DNA of 63,495 nucleotides, the filler included. It is 4 parts of 4 records of this genome, joined end to end, with 100 filler letters (N's around TTAATTAATTAA, not from the genome) between each part and the next. Parts side by side here need not be neighbours in the genome. Positions count along the whole stretch, not along the records: positions 20,828 to 47,287 come from SRR31156797_8829; 3 more parts are not named here. One strand, 5' to 3'. Positions 30,269-40,944 of the stretch are shown here, in pieces (the first letter of the stretch is position 1; every line of letters begins with the position of its first letter). Made by a program: the position numbers and the translations under genes. The notes under the pieces are model-generated. The model searched no databases. It saw only the letters and a program-made list of their open reading frames with translations, and was not told where the DNA came from.

Positions 30269-33200
30269 ATGAGAAAGATTTTCTGCCTATTAATTGTGCC
30301 GTTGATGCTACTTTCGGCTGTATTTTCCTGCAAGGACAAAAAGCAAGTTAGAAGAAAGGTTGATCCGGGTTTTGGACAATATGTTTCAGCTTTTACCTCA
30401 GGAGTAGTTTCGGTGGAATCGGCGATTCAAATTCGTTTGGTGAAGGATGTGGAACAGAAGATTGAGCCAGGTCAGGAGTTAGAGTCTGGTATTGTTAATA
30501 TTAGCCCTAAAATTAAAGGAAAGGCATATTGGAAAGATCCAAGAACTCTGGAGTTTCGTCCAGACAATAGAATGGCATCCGGTCAAGTTTATCAAGTTAA
30601 GGTTAATCTGAAAAAAATATTGGAAGTACCTGAGAAATATACTACTCTAAAATTTAATTTTCAGACCATAAAACAAAGTTTTAGTTTCTCTGGAGAAGGT
30701 TTACAGTCCTACGATAAAACGGATATGCTAACTCAGAAATATAAGGGATATCTTACAACTGCCGATGTAATTACGGATGATGAAATTGAATCTGTTCTAA
30801 AGGCAAGTTTAAATGGAGATTCTAAGCCTATTTCATGGACACATTCAGGAGATGGTAAATTGCACCATTTTGTGGTTGACAGTTTAATAAGAAAAGAAGA
30901 TAAGGGAGAATTGTTGATTGAGTGGGACGGTTCACTAATTAAGGTTAAAGAAAATGGTGAGGAAGAGGTTGAGATTCCTGCCTTAAATGTATTTAAAGTG
31001 ATGAGTGCGGTTGTGATTCAACAACCTGAACAATATGTTTCCATTCGTTTTACGGACCCATTGAAGAAGGACCAAAACTTAAAAGGACTGATTCGAATTG
31101 AAGGGCAATCTGGTTTTAAATTTATAATTGATGGTAATGAGGTAAGAGCTTACTTAAAGTATCGCCTTTCGGGTAAAAAAGTAATTCGTCTTGAAGAGGG
31201 AATTAAGAATGCATTGGATTATTCTTTAAAAGATAGTCGTAAAATTGAGTTGGTATTTGAGAACATAAAGCCAGCTGTTCGTTTGCTTGGAAAAGGAATT
31301 ATTTCTCCTTCGTCGCAAGGTTTGATTATGCCTTTTGAGGCGGTAAGTCTTAAATCGGTTGATTTGCGAGTGATTGAAGTATTCGAGAATAATGTGCATC
31401 AGTTTCTGCAAGACAATCGTATGAACCAAACGAGTAATCTTAAGCGTGTAGCTCGTTTAATATTGCAAAAACGTGTTGATTTGGGAACCAATAGAGCTGT
31501 TGATCTTAGAAAATGGAATGCATATACCATTGATATTGCTGATTTTGTGGATGTAAATCCGGGATCAATTTATCGTATTGAGTTGCGATTTAGAAAAGAA
31601 TATGCACTTTACGGATGTGAAGATGAGGAAGAGAAGGAAGATGGTTTGGCAAGTGTTGATGAAATTGTAGCTGAACAGGAGCTGGAGCGCGAAATGAAAT
31701 CCTGGGATAATCCAGGATGGTACGATGATTACTACTATCCATCAGGATATGATTGGAATGAAAAAGAGAATCCTTGTCATGTTTCTTACTACAGATCTGG
31801 AAAATTTATAAAGAGAAATGTTTTTGCCTCAGATTTAGGTTTGATTGCAAAGGCTGGGAATGATAAGTCCATCACTTTTGCCGTTTCAAACCTGTTAACT
31901 GCTAACTCTGAAGCCGGAGTTGATCTGGAAATTTACAATTATCAGAAACAATTGATGGCAAGAATAAAAACAGATAATGAAGGTTTGGCTAAAGTGCAGT
32001 TGGATCGTAAACCGTTTTTATTGATTGCAAAAAAAGGAAATCAAAGAGGATACTTGCGATTGGATGATGGTTCTGCACTTTCCTTGAGTAGTTTCGATGT
32101 AGGTGGAAAAACCATTCAAAAAGGTATTAAAGGATATATTTATGGAGAGCGTGGCGTTTGGCGTCCTGGCGATAATCTGTATTTGAATTTTGTTTTGGAA
32201 GATGCAGGTAAAGTGTTGCCTGATAATCATCCTGTAATTTTTGAATTGATTAATCCGGAAGGACAGACAGTTGTACACAGAGTAAGTACAGCAGGAGTAA
32301 ATGGTTTTTATTCATTTACCTGTTCTACCGAAGCTGATGCGCCAACAGGCAACTGGTCGGCAAGAATAAAGGTTGGTGGAGCTACCTTTAGTAAAACCAT
32401 TAAAATTGAAACGGTTAAGCCAAACAGATTAAAGATAAAACTTGATTTTGGCACTAAGGTTTTAAAATCGAAAGTGGAAGGTCAAAAGGCTGACATGGAA
32501 GTGAAATGGTTGCATGGCGCTACTGCTAGAAACTTGAAATCGAACATTAGCCTGAGATTTTCACCTACTAAAACTTCTTTTAAAGATCACAAAGGATACA
32601 TTTTTGATGATCCTGCAAAAGATTTCTTTGCTGATGAGCAAGTGATATTTGACGGAAAGGTGGATCAGAATGGAGAAGCCAAAATTGATTTAAAACTAAA
32701 AGGCAACAAATCAGCTCCTGGTATGTTGAATGCCAATTTCATTACTCGTGTATTTGAAGAAGGTGGTGATTTTAGTATTGATATGCAAAGAGTGAAATTT
32801 GCTCCTTACAATTCGTTTGTTGGAATACACATGCCTGAATCGGAAAGAGGATGGTACCTTACAGATACAGATCATGAATTGAAAATTGCAACTGTGGATG
32901 CTGATGGCAATCCGGTAAGCCGAGATAAAATTGTAATAAAAACATATAAGATTGGCTGGCGCTGGTGGTGGGATTCAGATGAGGAGAATTTAGCGTCTTA
33001 TATTGGAAGAAGCTCAACTAGAATTGTGGATCGTAAAACAATTTCAACCAAAAATGGAGTTGGAACTTACAAGTTGAATATTCCATATCATTCGTGGCAA
33101 GATTATGGTAGATATTTAATTCAGGTATTTGATAAGGAAAGTGGTCACTCTTCTGGTTTAACTGCATATTTCTCGAAATGGTATGGCAGAACTCCAGAAG

Positions 33201-35830
33201 GAATGCCGGGGAATGCAAGCTTACTGTCTTTTGTATCCGATAAGGAGAAATACAAAGTAGGGGAAGAAGCAAAAATTACAATACCATCATCAAAATCAGG
33301 AAAAGCACTGGTAAGTATCGAAACAGGAGCTAAAGTACTGGATGCTTTTTGGGTGGAAACAGATTCAAGAGAATCAGAATTTTCTTTTGAGGTAACTCCT
33401 GAAATGGCACCTAATGCTTATGTGCACGTGAGTTTAATTCAACCTCATGGACAGGTTGAAAATGATTTGCCAATTCGAATGTATGGCGTTATTCCATTGT
33501 TGGTCGAAGATCCAAATACCAGATTGAATCCTGAAATTGAAATGCCTGACGTACTGGAACCTGAGAAAGAATTCGAAGTTGAAGTTTCAGAGAAAAATGG
33601 CAATGCAATGACTTATACTATTGCTGTTGTTGATGACGGATTATTGGATTTAACCAGATTTAAAACTCCTAATCCATGGTCTACATTCTATGCTCGCGAA
33701 GCCTTAGGAGTTAAAACCTGGGATATGTACGATATGGTAATGGGTGCTTTTGGTGCAAGATTGGAGAAAGCATTCGCCATTGGTGGAGATGAGGATTTGA
33801 AAGGGAAGAAGCAAGCCAAAGCCAATAGATTCAAACCTGTTGTAATGTTTTATGGTCCGTATACATTGTATGCAGGTGATACCAAAATGCACAAAATTAC
33901 CATGCCTAATTATGTGGGATCGGTTAGAACAATGGTGGTAGCAGGTAACAAAGGTGCATATGGATCGGCAGAAAAAACGTGTCAGGTTCGTAAGCCATTA
34001 ATGGTTTTGGCAACATTGCCAAGAGTGGTTGGTCCGGCTGAAACAGTTAAACTTCCGGTTACCGTTTTTGCTATGGATCCTAAGGTTAAAAATGTAAAGC
34101 TAAGAATTGAGCCAAACGAATTTTTGTTGCCTCTTGCAGAGAAAGAGAAAAATATCAGCTTTGATAAAGTTGGAGAGCAAGTTGTTGATTTTGACTTAAA
34201 AGTTGCTTCTAAACTGGGAATTGCGAAAGTGAAGGTGATTGCAGAAAGTGGAAATAATAAAGCAACTTACGATATTGAATTGGATGTTCGCAATCCAAAT
34301 CCAAGAGTAACCAATGTAGGTGATACCATATTAGAGAAAGGTCAAAGCTGGGAGTATTTGGCTAATCTACCGGGTATGGAAGGAACTAATAAGGCAATCT
34401 TGGAACTTTCGAATATTCCACCGATTGATTTTGGTCGTCGCTTGGAGTACTTGATTGGTTATCCTCATGGATGTATTGAGCAGACAACTTCTGCAGTATT
34501 TCCTCAGTTATTTTTGGAAACTGTTGTTGATTTAACTTCGAATCAAAAACTAAGAATTGAAGATAACGTGCGTGCAGGCTTAACTCGTTTGTTAAGTTTC
34601 CAGTTAGCAAATGGTGGATTTAGCTACTGGCCAGGCGGAGGCTATGCAGATGCATGGGGAACCAGTTATGGCGGGCATTTCATATTAAAAGCTGAAGAAT
34701 TAGGATATACTTTACCTGTTGGTTTAAAATCATCATGGATAAAATATCAAAAATCAGCAGCAAAATCATGGAAACAGAGCTCTTATAATGGATACTATTA
34801 TCGAAGAAATGATTTGATACAAGCCTACAGATTGTATACTTTGGCACTTGCCGATAATGCAGATTTGGCATCGATGAATAGAATGAGAGAGCAATCGAAA
34901 CTATCGGATGACGCGAAGTGGAGATTGGCTGCAGCTTATCGTATTATTGGAAAGAAAGAGGTAGCGGAGGAGTTGATTGATGGTTTAAGTACTGAGATTC
35001 CGGCTTACAGAGAACATTCAGGGAGTTTTGGTTCTTCTACTCGTGATAAGGCAATGATTTTAGAAACTCTAAGTTTATTGGATCAAAAAACCAAGGCATT
35101 TCCACTGGTTCAGGAACTATCGAAGAAGCTGTCAGGCGATTCATGGATGAGTACTCAAACTACAGCATACTGTCTGATTGCAATGGCAGAATTTGCCGGC
35201 AAGGGAGAGAGTGGTAAAATGACTTTCTCGTATTCAATTAATGGAAAGGGTGAGGAGGAATTGACAAGCAACCGACCTGTAACACAAATTCCAATTGATC
35301 TTAGTAAAGGTGCACCTAAATTGAAATTGACCAATTTAGTCGATGGAATATTGTATGCACGATTGAGTATGAGTGGAATTCCTGAAACCGGAGATCAGTC
35401 TTCATCTGAAATGAATTTGAAGCTGAATATTGCTTATAAGGATATTCAGGGAAATACCATTGATGTTAGTAAATTACAGCAGGGAACCGATTTTAAGGCT
35501 GAGGTGACAATTAAAAATCCTGGTGTAGTTAACAATTATGAGCAAATGGCTCTAACGCAGATATTCCCTTCAGGTTGGGAGATACTAAATACCAGGTTTG
35601 GTGAGGTTGATGAAACTAACATAGGAGATCAACCCGATTATCAGGATATTCGCGACGATCGTGTTTATTCTTATTTCGATTTGGAAAAAAGCAAGAGCAA
35701 GACTTTTACTATTACCTTAACGGCAGCTTATGTAGGTAAATTTTATTTGCCAACAGTTAGTTGTGAAGCAATGTATGATGATAAAGTGAATGCCAGAAAA
35801 CCTGGTAGATGGGTTGAAGTAGTGAAATAA
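30269..35830 (+). CDS. Bacterial alpha-2-macroglobulin (lipoprotein)
   Basis: Lipobox FSC, ERGVWRPGD (MG2), thioester YPHGCIEQ, GGFSYWPG, DIRDDRV, EAMYD. Confidence 0.95.
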   Translation: MRKIFCLLIVPLMLLSAVFSCKDKKQVRRKVDPGFGQYVSAFTSGVVSVESAIQIRLVKDVEQKIEPGQELESGIVNISPKIKGKAYWKDPRTLEFRPDNRMASGQVYQVKVNLKKILEVPEKYTTLKFNFQTIKQSFSFSGEGLQSYDKTDMLTQKYKGYLTTADVITDDEIESVLKASLNGDSKPISWTHSGDGKLHHFVVDSLIRKEDKGELLIEWDGSLIKVKENGEEEVEIPALNVFKVMSAVVIQQPEQYVSIRFTDPLKKDQNLKGLIRIEGQSGFKFIIDGNEVRAYLKYRLSGKKVIRLEEGIKNALDYSLKDSRKIELVFENIKPAVRLLGKGIISPSSQGLIMPFEAVSLKSVDLRVIEVFENNVHQFLQDNRMNQTSNLKRVARLILQKRVDLGTNRAVDLRKWNAYTIDIADFVDVNPGSIYRIELRFRKEYALYGCEDEEEKEDGLASVDEIVAEQELEREMKSWDNPGWYDDYYYPSGYDWNEKENPCHVSYYRSGKFIKRNVFASDLGLIAKAGNDKSITFAVSNLLTANSEAGVDLEIYNYQKQLMARIKTDNEGLAKVQLDRKPFLLIAKKGNQRGYLRLDDGSALSLSSFDVGGKTIQKGIKGYIYGERGVWRPGDNLYLNFVLEDAGKVLPDNHPVIFELINPEGQTVVHRVSTAGVNGFYSFTCSTEADAPTGNWSARIKVGGATFSKTIKIETVKPNRLKIKLDFGTKVLKSKVEGQKADMEVKWLHGATARNLKSNISLRFSPTKTSFKDHKGYIFDDPAKDFFADEQVIFDGKVDQNGEAKIDLKLKGNKSAPGMLNANFITRVFEEGGDFSIDMQRVKFAPYNSFVGIHMPESERGWYLTDTDHELKIATVDADGNPVSRDKIVIKTYKIGWRWWWDSDEENLASYIGRSSTRIVDRKTISTKNGVGTYKLNIPYHSWQDYGRYLIQVFDKESGHSSGLTAYFSKWYGRTPEGMPGNASLLSFVSDKEKYKVGEEAKITIPSSKSGKALVSIETGAKVLDAFWVETDSRESEFSFEVTPEMAPNAYVHVSLIQPHGQVENDLPIRMYGVIPLLVEDPNTRLNPEIEMPDVLEPEKEFEVEVSEKNGNAMTYTIAVVDDGLLDLTRFKTPNPWSTFYAREALGVKTWDMYDMVMGAFGARLEKAFAIGGDEDLKGKKQAKANRFKPVVMFYGPYTLYAGDTKMHKITMPNYVGSVRTMVVAGNKGAYGSAEKTCQVRKPLMVLATLPRVVGPAETVKLPVTVFAMDPKVKNVKLRIEPNEFLLPLAEKEKNISFDKVGEQVVDFDLKVASKLGIAKVKVIAESGNNKATYDIELDVRNPNPRVTNVGDTILEKGQSWEYLANLPGMEGTNKAILELSNIPPIDFGRRLEYLIGYPHGCIEQTTSAVFPQLFLETVVDLTSNQKLRIEDNVRAGLTRLLSFQLANGGFSYWPGGGYADAWGTSYGGHFILKAEELGYTLPVGLKSSWIKYQKSAAKSWKQSSYNGYYYRRNDLIQAYRLYTLALADNADLASMNRMREQSKLSDDAKWRLAAAYRIIGKKEVAEELIDGLSTEIPAYREHSGSFGSSTRDKAMILETLSLLDQKTKAFPLVQELSKKLSGDSWMSTQTTAYCLIAMAEFAGKGESGKMTFSYSINGKGEEELTSNRPVTQIPIDLSKGAPKLKLTNLVDGILYARLSMSGIPETGDQSSSEMNLKLNIAYKDIQGNTIDVSKLQQGTDFKAEVTIKNPGVVNNYEQMALTQIFPSGWEILNTRFGEVDETNIGDQPDYQDIRDDRVYSYFDLEKSKSKTFTITLTAAYVGKFYLPTVSCEAMYDDKVNARKPGRWVEVVK

Positions 35831-35875
35831 AAAATCAATATCCCGGTAGTTCTCAAAAGCTATCGGGGAATTCAG

Positions 35876-38269
35876 ATGAAGTTCAATAGATTTAAATATT
35901 GTAAATCAGGAAAATGCCGCATATTCATGTTGGCATTTTTGCTATTTTCTATTATTTTTTGGTTCTCATTGCCATCAAATCTGTTTAATGATCCTACTTC
36001 TACCATTTTGTATAGTAGGGAAGGAAACTTGTTGGGAGCCAGAATTGCAGATGATGGTCAGTGGAGATTTCCTGATTTGGAAGAGATTCCTAATAAGTTT
36101 GAGAAATCTCTTTTAACATTCGAGGATCAATATTTTTATTGGCATCCGGGTGTAAATCCCGTTGCAGTTGGTAGAGCGGTAATTCAAAACTTAAAATCAG
36201 GGAGAATTGTTAGTGGTGGTAGTACCATTAGCATGCAGCTGATTCGTATTTCACGAAATGGAAAGTCTAGGACCGTTTATCAGAAATTGATTGAAATGCT
36301 TCTTGCTCTGAGGTTGGAATTAAGCTACTCCAAGGAAGAGATTCTTGCAAAGTATGCTTCGCACGCACCTTTTGGAGGAAATGTAGTAGGACTGGATGCT
36401 GCAGCTTGGCGATTTTTTGGAGGAAATGCAGGTGAACTTTCCTGGGCAGAGGCGGCAACGTTAGCAGTTTTACCCAATGCTCCATCTTTGATTTATCCTG
36501 GTAAAAACAGTGAAAAATTACGATTAAAACGAAATCGACTATTGGATAGGTTGCTTCAAAAAGGGGAAATTGATTCGACTACTTGTGAGTTGGCAAAACT
36601 GGAAGAGATACCTCAAAAAATACATCATTTGCCAAGAATTGCTCCTCACCTATTGGATAGAGCTCATAAGGAGCATCGTGGAGAGAAGGTGATAAGTACT
36701 ATAGATTATGGCTTACAGGAACGAATTAATAGTATCCTTAAAAAGCATCAGAAACCTCTTGAGGCGAATGAAATACATAACCTAGCGGTTCTAGTTCTTG
36801 ATGCTGAAACAGGACAGGCAATTTCATATGTTGGTAATTCGGAGAAGAATGGAGCTGAGAATCATGGAAATCAGGTGGATATTATACGATCGGCGAGAAG
36901 TACAGGCAGTGTTTTAAAGCCATTTTTGTTTGCTAGTATGATTAATGAAGGAGAGATTTTATCCAATACTTTGGTGCCTGATATTCCAACTCAGATAGCA
37001 GGATATTCACCTAAGAATTTTAATTTGAGATATGATGGTGCTGTTCCAGCAAAGAATGCCTTGGCACGTTCACTCAATGTTCCTTCAGTAAGAATGCTAA
37101 GAGATTATGGAGTGGAGCGTTTCCATTTTTTACTTAGAAAAATGGGCATGAGAACTTTGAATAGACCAGCAGGACATTATGGATTATCTTTGATTTTAGG
37201 GGGAGCTGAAGGTAGAATGTGGGAATTATGTGGCATGTATGCCAGTATGTCTCGAATATTAAATCACTACAATAGTTATGATGGAACGTATTTCACTAAT
37301 GACATTAGAAAGCCTAGTTATACAATACAGAAGAATAAATTAAAGAGAGAAGATACTCAGCCAATTATGAAAGCTTCGGCTATTTATCAAACTTTTGAAG
37401 CTTTATTAGAGGTGAATAGACCGGATGGTGAGAATGGTTGGAAATCATTTTCATCTTCACAGAAAGTAGCATGGAAAACAGGTACAAGTTTTGGATTTCG
37501 TGATGCCTGGGCTATTGGTACCACACCAAAATATGTAGTTGGTGTTTGGGTTGGAAATGCTGATGGAGAAGGTAGACCTGGATTAACTGGTGTTAGTGTG
37601 GCTGCTCCTGTAATGTTTGATATTTTTGATTTACTTCCGAAAGCAGATTGGTTCGAACAACCTTCTGACGAAATGGAAATAGTTCCAATCTGTAGAAATA
37701 GCGGACATAGAGCCGGAAGGTGGTGCGAAGAGGTAGATTCATTGTGGATTAGTAAATCTGGTTTAGAAACAGAAGTATGTCCTTATCACAAATTGGTACA
37801 TTTGGATCAATCTAGACGATATCGTGTAAATTCAGATTGCGAGAAAGTTAGTAATATGGTTCACAAATCGTGGTTTGTTCTTCCGCCTGCTATGGAATGG
37901 TACTACAAGAAAGGAAATCCTTTGTATCGTCCCTTACCAACTTTTCGTGATGATTGTACAGGTATTGGAGACTCAAAAGTAATGGAATTGATTTATCCGA
38001 AAGGAAATGATCGATTGTTTGTGCCAATTGACTTGGATGGAATGAGAGGAAGTGTGGTCTTTGAAATGGCTCATCATGATCCGGAAATGACTGTTTATTG
38101 GCATTTGGACGGAGAGTTTATAGGTACTACTTTTCAATCTCATCTAAAGGAATTGAGTCCTGGTGAGGGGGAGCATCTGCTCACATTGGTTGATGAACAG
38201 GGAATTACATTGTATAAAAAGTTTAGTGTTGTAGGTAAAAATGAGCACGAAACAAGTATAGATAATTAG
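35876..38269 (+). CDS. pbpC: Penicillin-binding protein 1C
   Basis: DGQWRF, FEDQYF, SGGSTISMQ, SVLKPF (SxxK), SLN, KTGTS, C-terminal PbpC domain; follows alpha-2-macroglobulin. Confidence 0.95.
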   Translation: MKFNRFKYCKSGKCRIFMLAFLLFSIIFWFSLPSNLFNDPTSTILYSREGNLLGARIADDGQWRFPDLEEIPNKFEKSLLTFEDQYFYWHPGVNPVAVGRAVIQNLKSGRIVSGGSTISMQLIRISRNGKSRTVYQKLIEMLLALRLELSYSKEEILAKYASHAPFGGNVVGLDAAAWRFFGGNAGELSWAEAATLAVLPNAPSLIYPGKNSEKLRLKRNRLLDRLLQKGEIDSTTCELAKLEEIPQKIHHLPRIAPHLLDRAHKEHRGEKVISTIDYGLQERINSILKKHQKPLEANEIHNLAVLVLDAETGQAISYVGNSEKNGAENHGNQVDIIRSARSTGSVLKPFLFASMINEGEILSNTLVPDIPTQIAGYSPKNFNLRYDGAVPAKNALARSLNVPSVRMLRDYGVERFHFLLRKMGMRTLNRPAGHYGLSLILGGAEGRMWELCGMYASMSRILNHYNSYDGTYFTNDIRKPSYTIQKNKLKREDTQPIMKASAIYQTFEALLEVNRPDGENGWKSFSSSQKVAWKTGTSFGFRDAWAIGTTPKYVVGVWVGNADGEGRPGLTGVSVAAPVMFDIFDLLPKADWFEQPSDEMEIVPICRNSGHRAGRWCEEVDSLWISKSGLETEVCPYHKLVHLDQSRRYRVNSDCEKVSNMVHKSWFVLPPAMEWYYKKGNPLYRPLPTFRDDCTGIGDSKVMELIYPKGNDRLFVPIDLDGMRGSVVFEMAHHDPEMTVYWHLDGEFIGTTFQSHLKELSPGEGEHLLTLVDEQGITLYKKFSVVGKNEHETSIDN

Positions 38270-38338
38270 GGCTAATCCTATTTTTATTCGTTCTGAAAAT
38301 TGGTAAATTACACCAAATAACTAATATCCATAAAATTT

Positions 38339-39385
38339 ATGTTTCTTTTATTTTTCTATTTATTTATAGCACTTTTTATTTCCTTTTTGTGTTCAATTCT
38401 TGAATCGGTTTTGCTTTCTACGCCAATATCTTTTTTGAATGTTAAAATTGATGAAGGATCAAAAAAAGCATCTGTATTTTTGAAATTAAAAGACAATGTG
38501 GAGCGACCACTTGCAGCGATTTTATCTTTAAACACAATTGCTCATACAATAGGAGCTGCGGGAGTTGGAGCTGAGGCTACGAAATTGTTTGGGGAAGTTT
38601 ACTTTGGTGTTGTATCTGCGGTTCTTACCTTGTTAATTTTAATATTCTCAGAAATAATACCAAAAACCATAGGGGCTATATATTGGAGAAAATTAGCAAT
38701 TTTATCTGGTATTGTAATTCATTTTATGGTGATTATAACTTACCCGCTGGTGTTGTTTACCACCTATCTTTCTAAGATAATTGCAAGCAAGCAAGAAGAG
38801 GCTTCGATTAGTAGAGAAGAGATTTCGGCAATGGCAAAAATTGGAACCGAAGAAGGTGTATTTGAAGAAAAAGAGAATAGAATTATACAAAATCTTATTC
38901 GCCTAAAATCGATAAATGTAACAGATATAATGACACCCAGAGTAGTGGTTACAGTTGCCGATGAGAATATGAGTTTAAAGGAGTTTTTGAAAAATAAAGA
39001 GTATTTGTATTATTCGCGTATTCCAATTTATTCAGGAAATAAAGATAATATCACAGGTTATGTTTTCAGACAAAAGATATTTGAAGGATTGGCTGAAGGG
39101 AAGAATGAAGTGCTTCTAAAAGAAATATCTCATGAAATTGTAGTAATTTCTGAATTTCAAACTCTTTTTAATACCTGGGATAAGCTTTTGAATAAAAAGG
39201 AACATATTGCCCTTGTTGTTGATGAGTATGGAGGAATGGATGGAATCGTTACCATGGAAGATATTATTGAAACTTTATTAGGTCTTGAAATTGTCGATGA
39301 GCATGATAAGGTTGTGGACATGCAGCAATATGCCCGCGAAAGATGGAAAGAAAGACAAGCCAAATACAATGTTTTTGATGATTAA
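38339..39385 (+). CDS. CNNM (DUF21)-CBS domain protein
   Basis: SFLCSILESVLLS, ILSLNTIAHTIGA, SEIIPKT, MTPR, YSRIPIY, VVDEYGG..GIVTMEDIIE. Confidence 0.93.
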   Translation: MFLLFFYLFIALFISFLCSILESVLLSTPISFLNVKIDEGSKKASVFLKLKDNVERPLAAILSLNTIAHTIGAAGVGAEATKLFGEVYFGVVSAVLTLLILIFSEIIPKTIGAIYWRKLAILSGIVIHFMVIITYPLVLFTTYLSKIIASKQEEASISREEISAMAKIGTEEGVFEEKENRIIQNLIRLKSINVTDIMTPRVVVTVADENMSLKEFLKNKEYLYYSRIPIYSGNKDNITGYVFRQKIFEGLAEGKNEVLLKEISHEIVVISEFQTLFNTWDKLLNKKEHIALVVDEYGGMDGIVTMEDIIETLLGLEIVDEHDKVVDMQQYARERWKERQAKYNVFDD

Positions 39386-39531
39386 AGGGGTTTAAAAGTA
39401 GAATCTTTTAATGGATTGTTTTATTGTTAGTTAAGCTGAATTTAATATTTGTAGATAATATTAAAAATAATTAATTTTATCGCCTCGTTTAAAACGGGTT
39501 AGGATTAGTAATAAGTTTAAAATCAATATAC

Positions 39532-40875
39532 GTGAAAAGATTCTTTTTGAAATTCGAATATAAGTTTTTCCTTGCATATCTATTAATAGGTGGAGCATGG
39601 ATTTTATTCTCGGATAGAATTGTAAAAACTCTAATTCATGATGTTGATCACTTAACTTCAATACAAACCTATAAAGGATGGTTTTATGTATTGATGACAG
39701 GTATACTTTTCTTTTTTTTATTGAAAAAGCATTTGCTGAAAATTAGAAATGCGGAATCAAAAGCTAAGGAAAGTGACAGATTAAAATCAGCCTTTTTGCA
39801 GAATATGTCTCATGAAATCCGGACTCCAATGAATGGAATTGTTGGTTTTGCAGGACTTTTAAAAGATGATGATTTATCAATATCACAAAAGGAAAAATAT
39901 TTGAGTATTATTACACAATGCTCTGATCAGCTGTTGAATGTTGTTAACGATGTTTTGGATTTGTCGTTAATAGAAACCGGAAATATTGAAGCTGCAAGAA
40001 ATTCGGTGAGTATTAATAAAATACTTGATGACTATTACAATACGTATTCGGCGACATTAAATGAGGGAATATCGTTGAAATTGGTAAAGGGATTGAGCGA
40101 AGAAGATTCTGTTATTGTAACAGATGAAGTAAAGTTTAGACAAATTGTAAATAATTTGTTAAGTAATGCACAGAAATTTACCGAAAATGGATCAATAGAA
40201 TTTGGATATGAATACAAACAATCTCAGATACAATTTTTTGTAAAAGATAGTGGAATTGGTATTGATTCGAAAATGCATGACGGGATATTTGATCGCTTTA
40301 GAAGAGCAGAGATTGAAACCACAAAAACAATAGGAGGAGCAGGTTTAGGATTGGCAATTTGCAGGGGGAATACCAATTTACTTGGTGGTAAAATTTGGGT
40401 TGATTCAACTCCTGGATTGGGTTCGAGTTTTTATTTTACTATTCCTGTTAATATTCAGATAAGTGATAAAAATATTCCTATTAATATTGATACTGATGAG
40501 CCTATTGCAAATAATAATTGCATTCTTATTGCAGAAGACGAGGAGAGTAATTTTCTTTATATAAGTGAAATTTTAGAAGATTCTAATCTGGAAATTTTTA
40601 GAGCAATTAATGGGCAAGAGGCAATTGAAATTTACAAAGAGAATAAGAAAATTAGTCTCATTTTAATGGATATAAAAATGCCTGTATTAGATGGGTATGC
40701 TGCAACAAATAAAATAAGAGAATTTGATTCAGATGTACCGATAATTGCTCAAACAGCTTTTGCAATGAGCGATGAACGGTTAAAGGCTCTGGAGGCAGGA
40801 TGTACGGATTATATTGCGAAACCATTTAGGAAAAATGAGGTTTTATCAATGATTCGAAAATATCAAAAAAATTGA
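39532..40875 (+). CDS. Hybrid sensor histidine kinase / response regulator with two-TM input
   Basis: WILFSD...QTYKGW TM module, FLQNMSHEIRTPMN, NLLSNAQKFT, DSGIG, GAGLGL, receiver AEDEE...LMDIKMP...YIAKP. Confidence 0.93.
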   Translation: MKRFFLKFEYKFFLAYLLIGGAWILFSDRIVKTLIHDVDHLTSIQTYKGWFYVLMTGILFFFLLKKHLLKIRNAESKAKESDRLKSAFLQNMSHEIRTPMNGIVGFAGLLKDDDLSISQKEKYLSIITQCSDQLLNVVNDVLDLSLIETGNIEAARNSVSINKILDDYYNTYSATLNEGISLKLVKGLSEEDSVIVTDEVKFRQIVNNLLSNAQKFTENGSIEFGYEYKQSQIQFFVKDSGIGIDSKMHDGIFDRFRRAEIETTKTIGGAGLGLAICRGNTNLLGGKIWVDSTPGLGSSFYFTIPVNIQISDKNIPINIDTDEPIANNNCILIAEDEESNFLYISEILEDSNLEIFRAINGQEAIEIYKENKKISLILMDIKMPVLDGYAATNKIREFDSDVPIIAQTAFAMSDERLKALEAGCTDYIAKPFRKNEVLSMIRKYQKN

Positions 40876-40922
40876 GTTGCAAATTTTCTAATTAGTTAGA
40901 CTTATCGTTTTATTCTAAGGTG

Positions 40923-40930
40923 TACCTTTG
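40923..40930 (+). promoter_or_regulatory. Bacteroidota -7 element upstream of glutaminase
   Basis: TACCTTTG. Confidence 0.55.
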
Positions 40931-40944
40931 TGAATTCTTAATAT

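Noticed and set aside
30269..38269. Alpha-2-macroglobulin plus pbpC as a novel system
   Set aside because: Well-described conserved pair (yfhM-pbpC type) with a canonical CxEQ thioester
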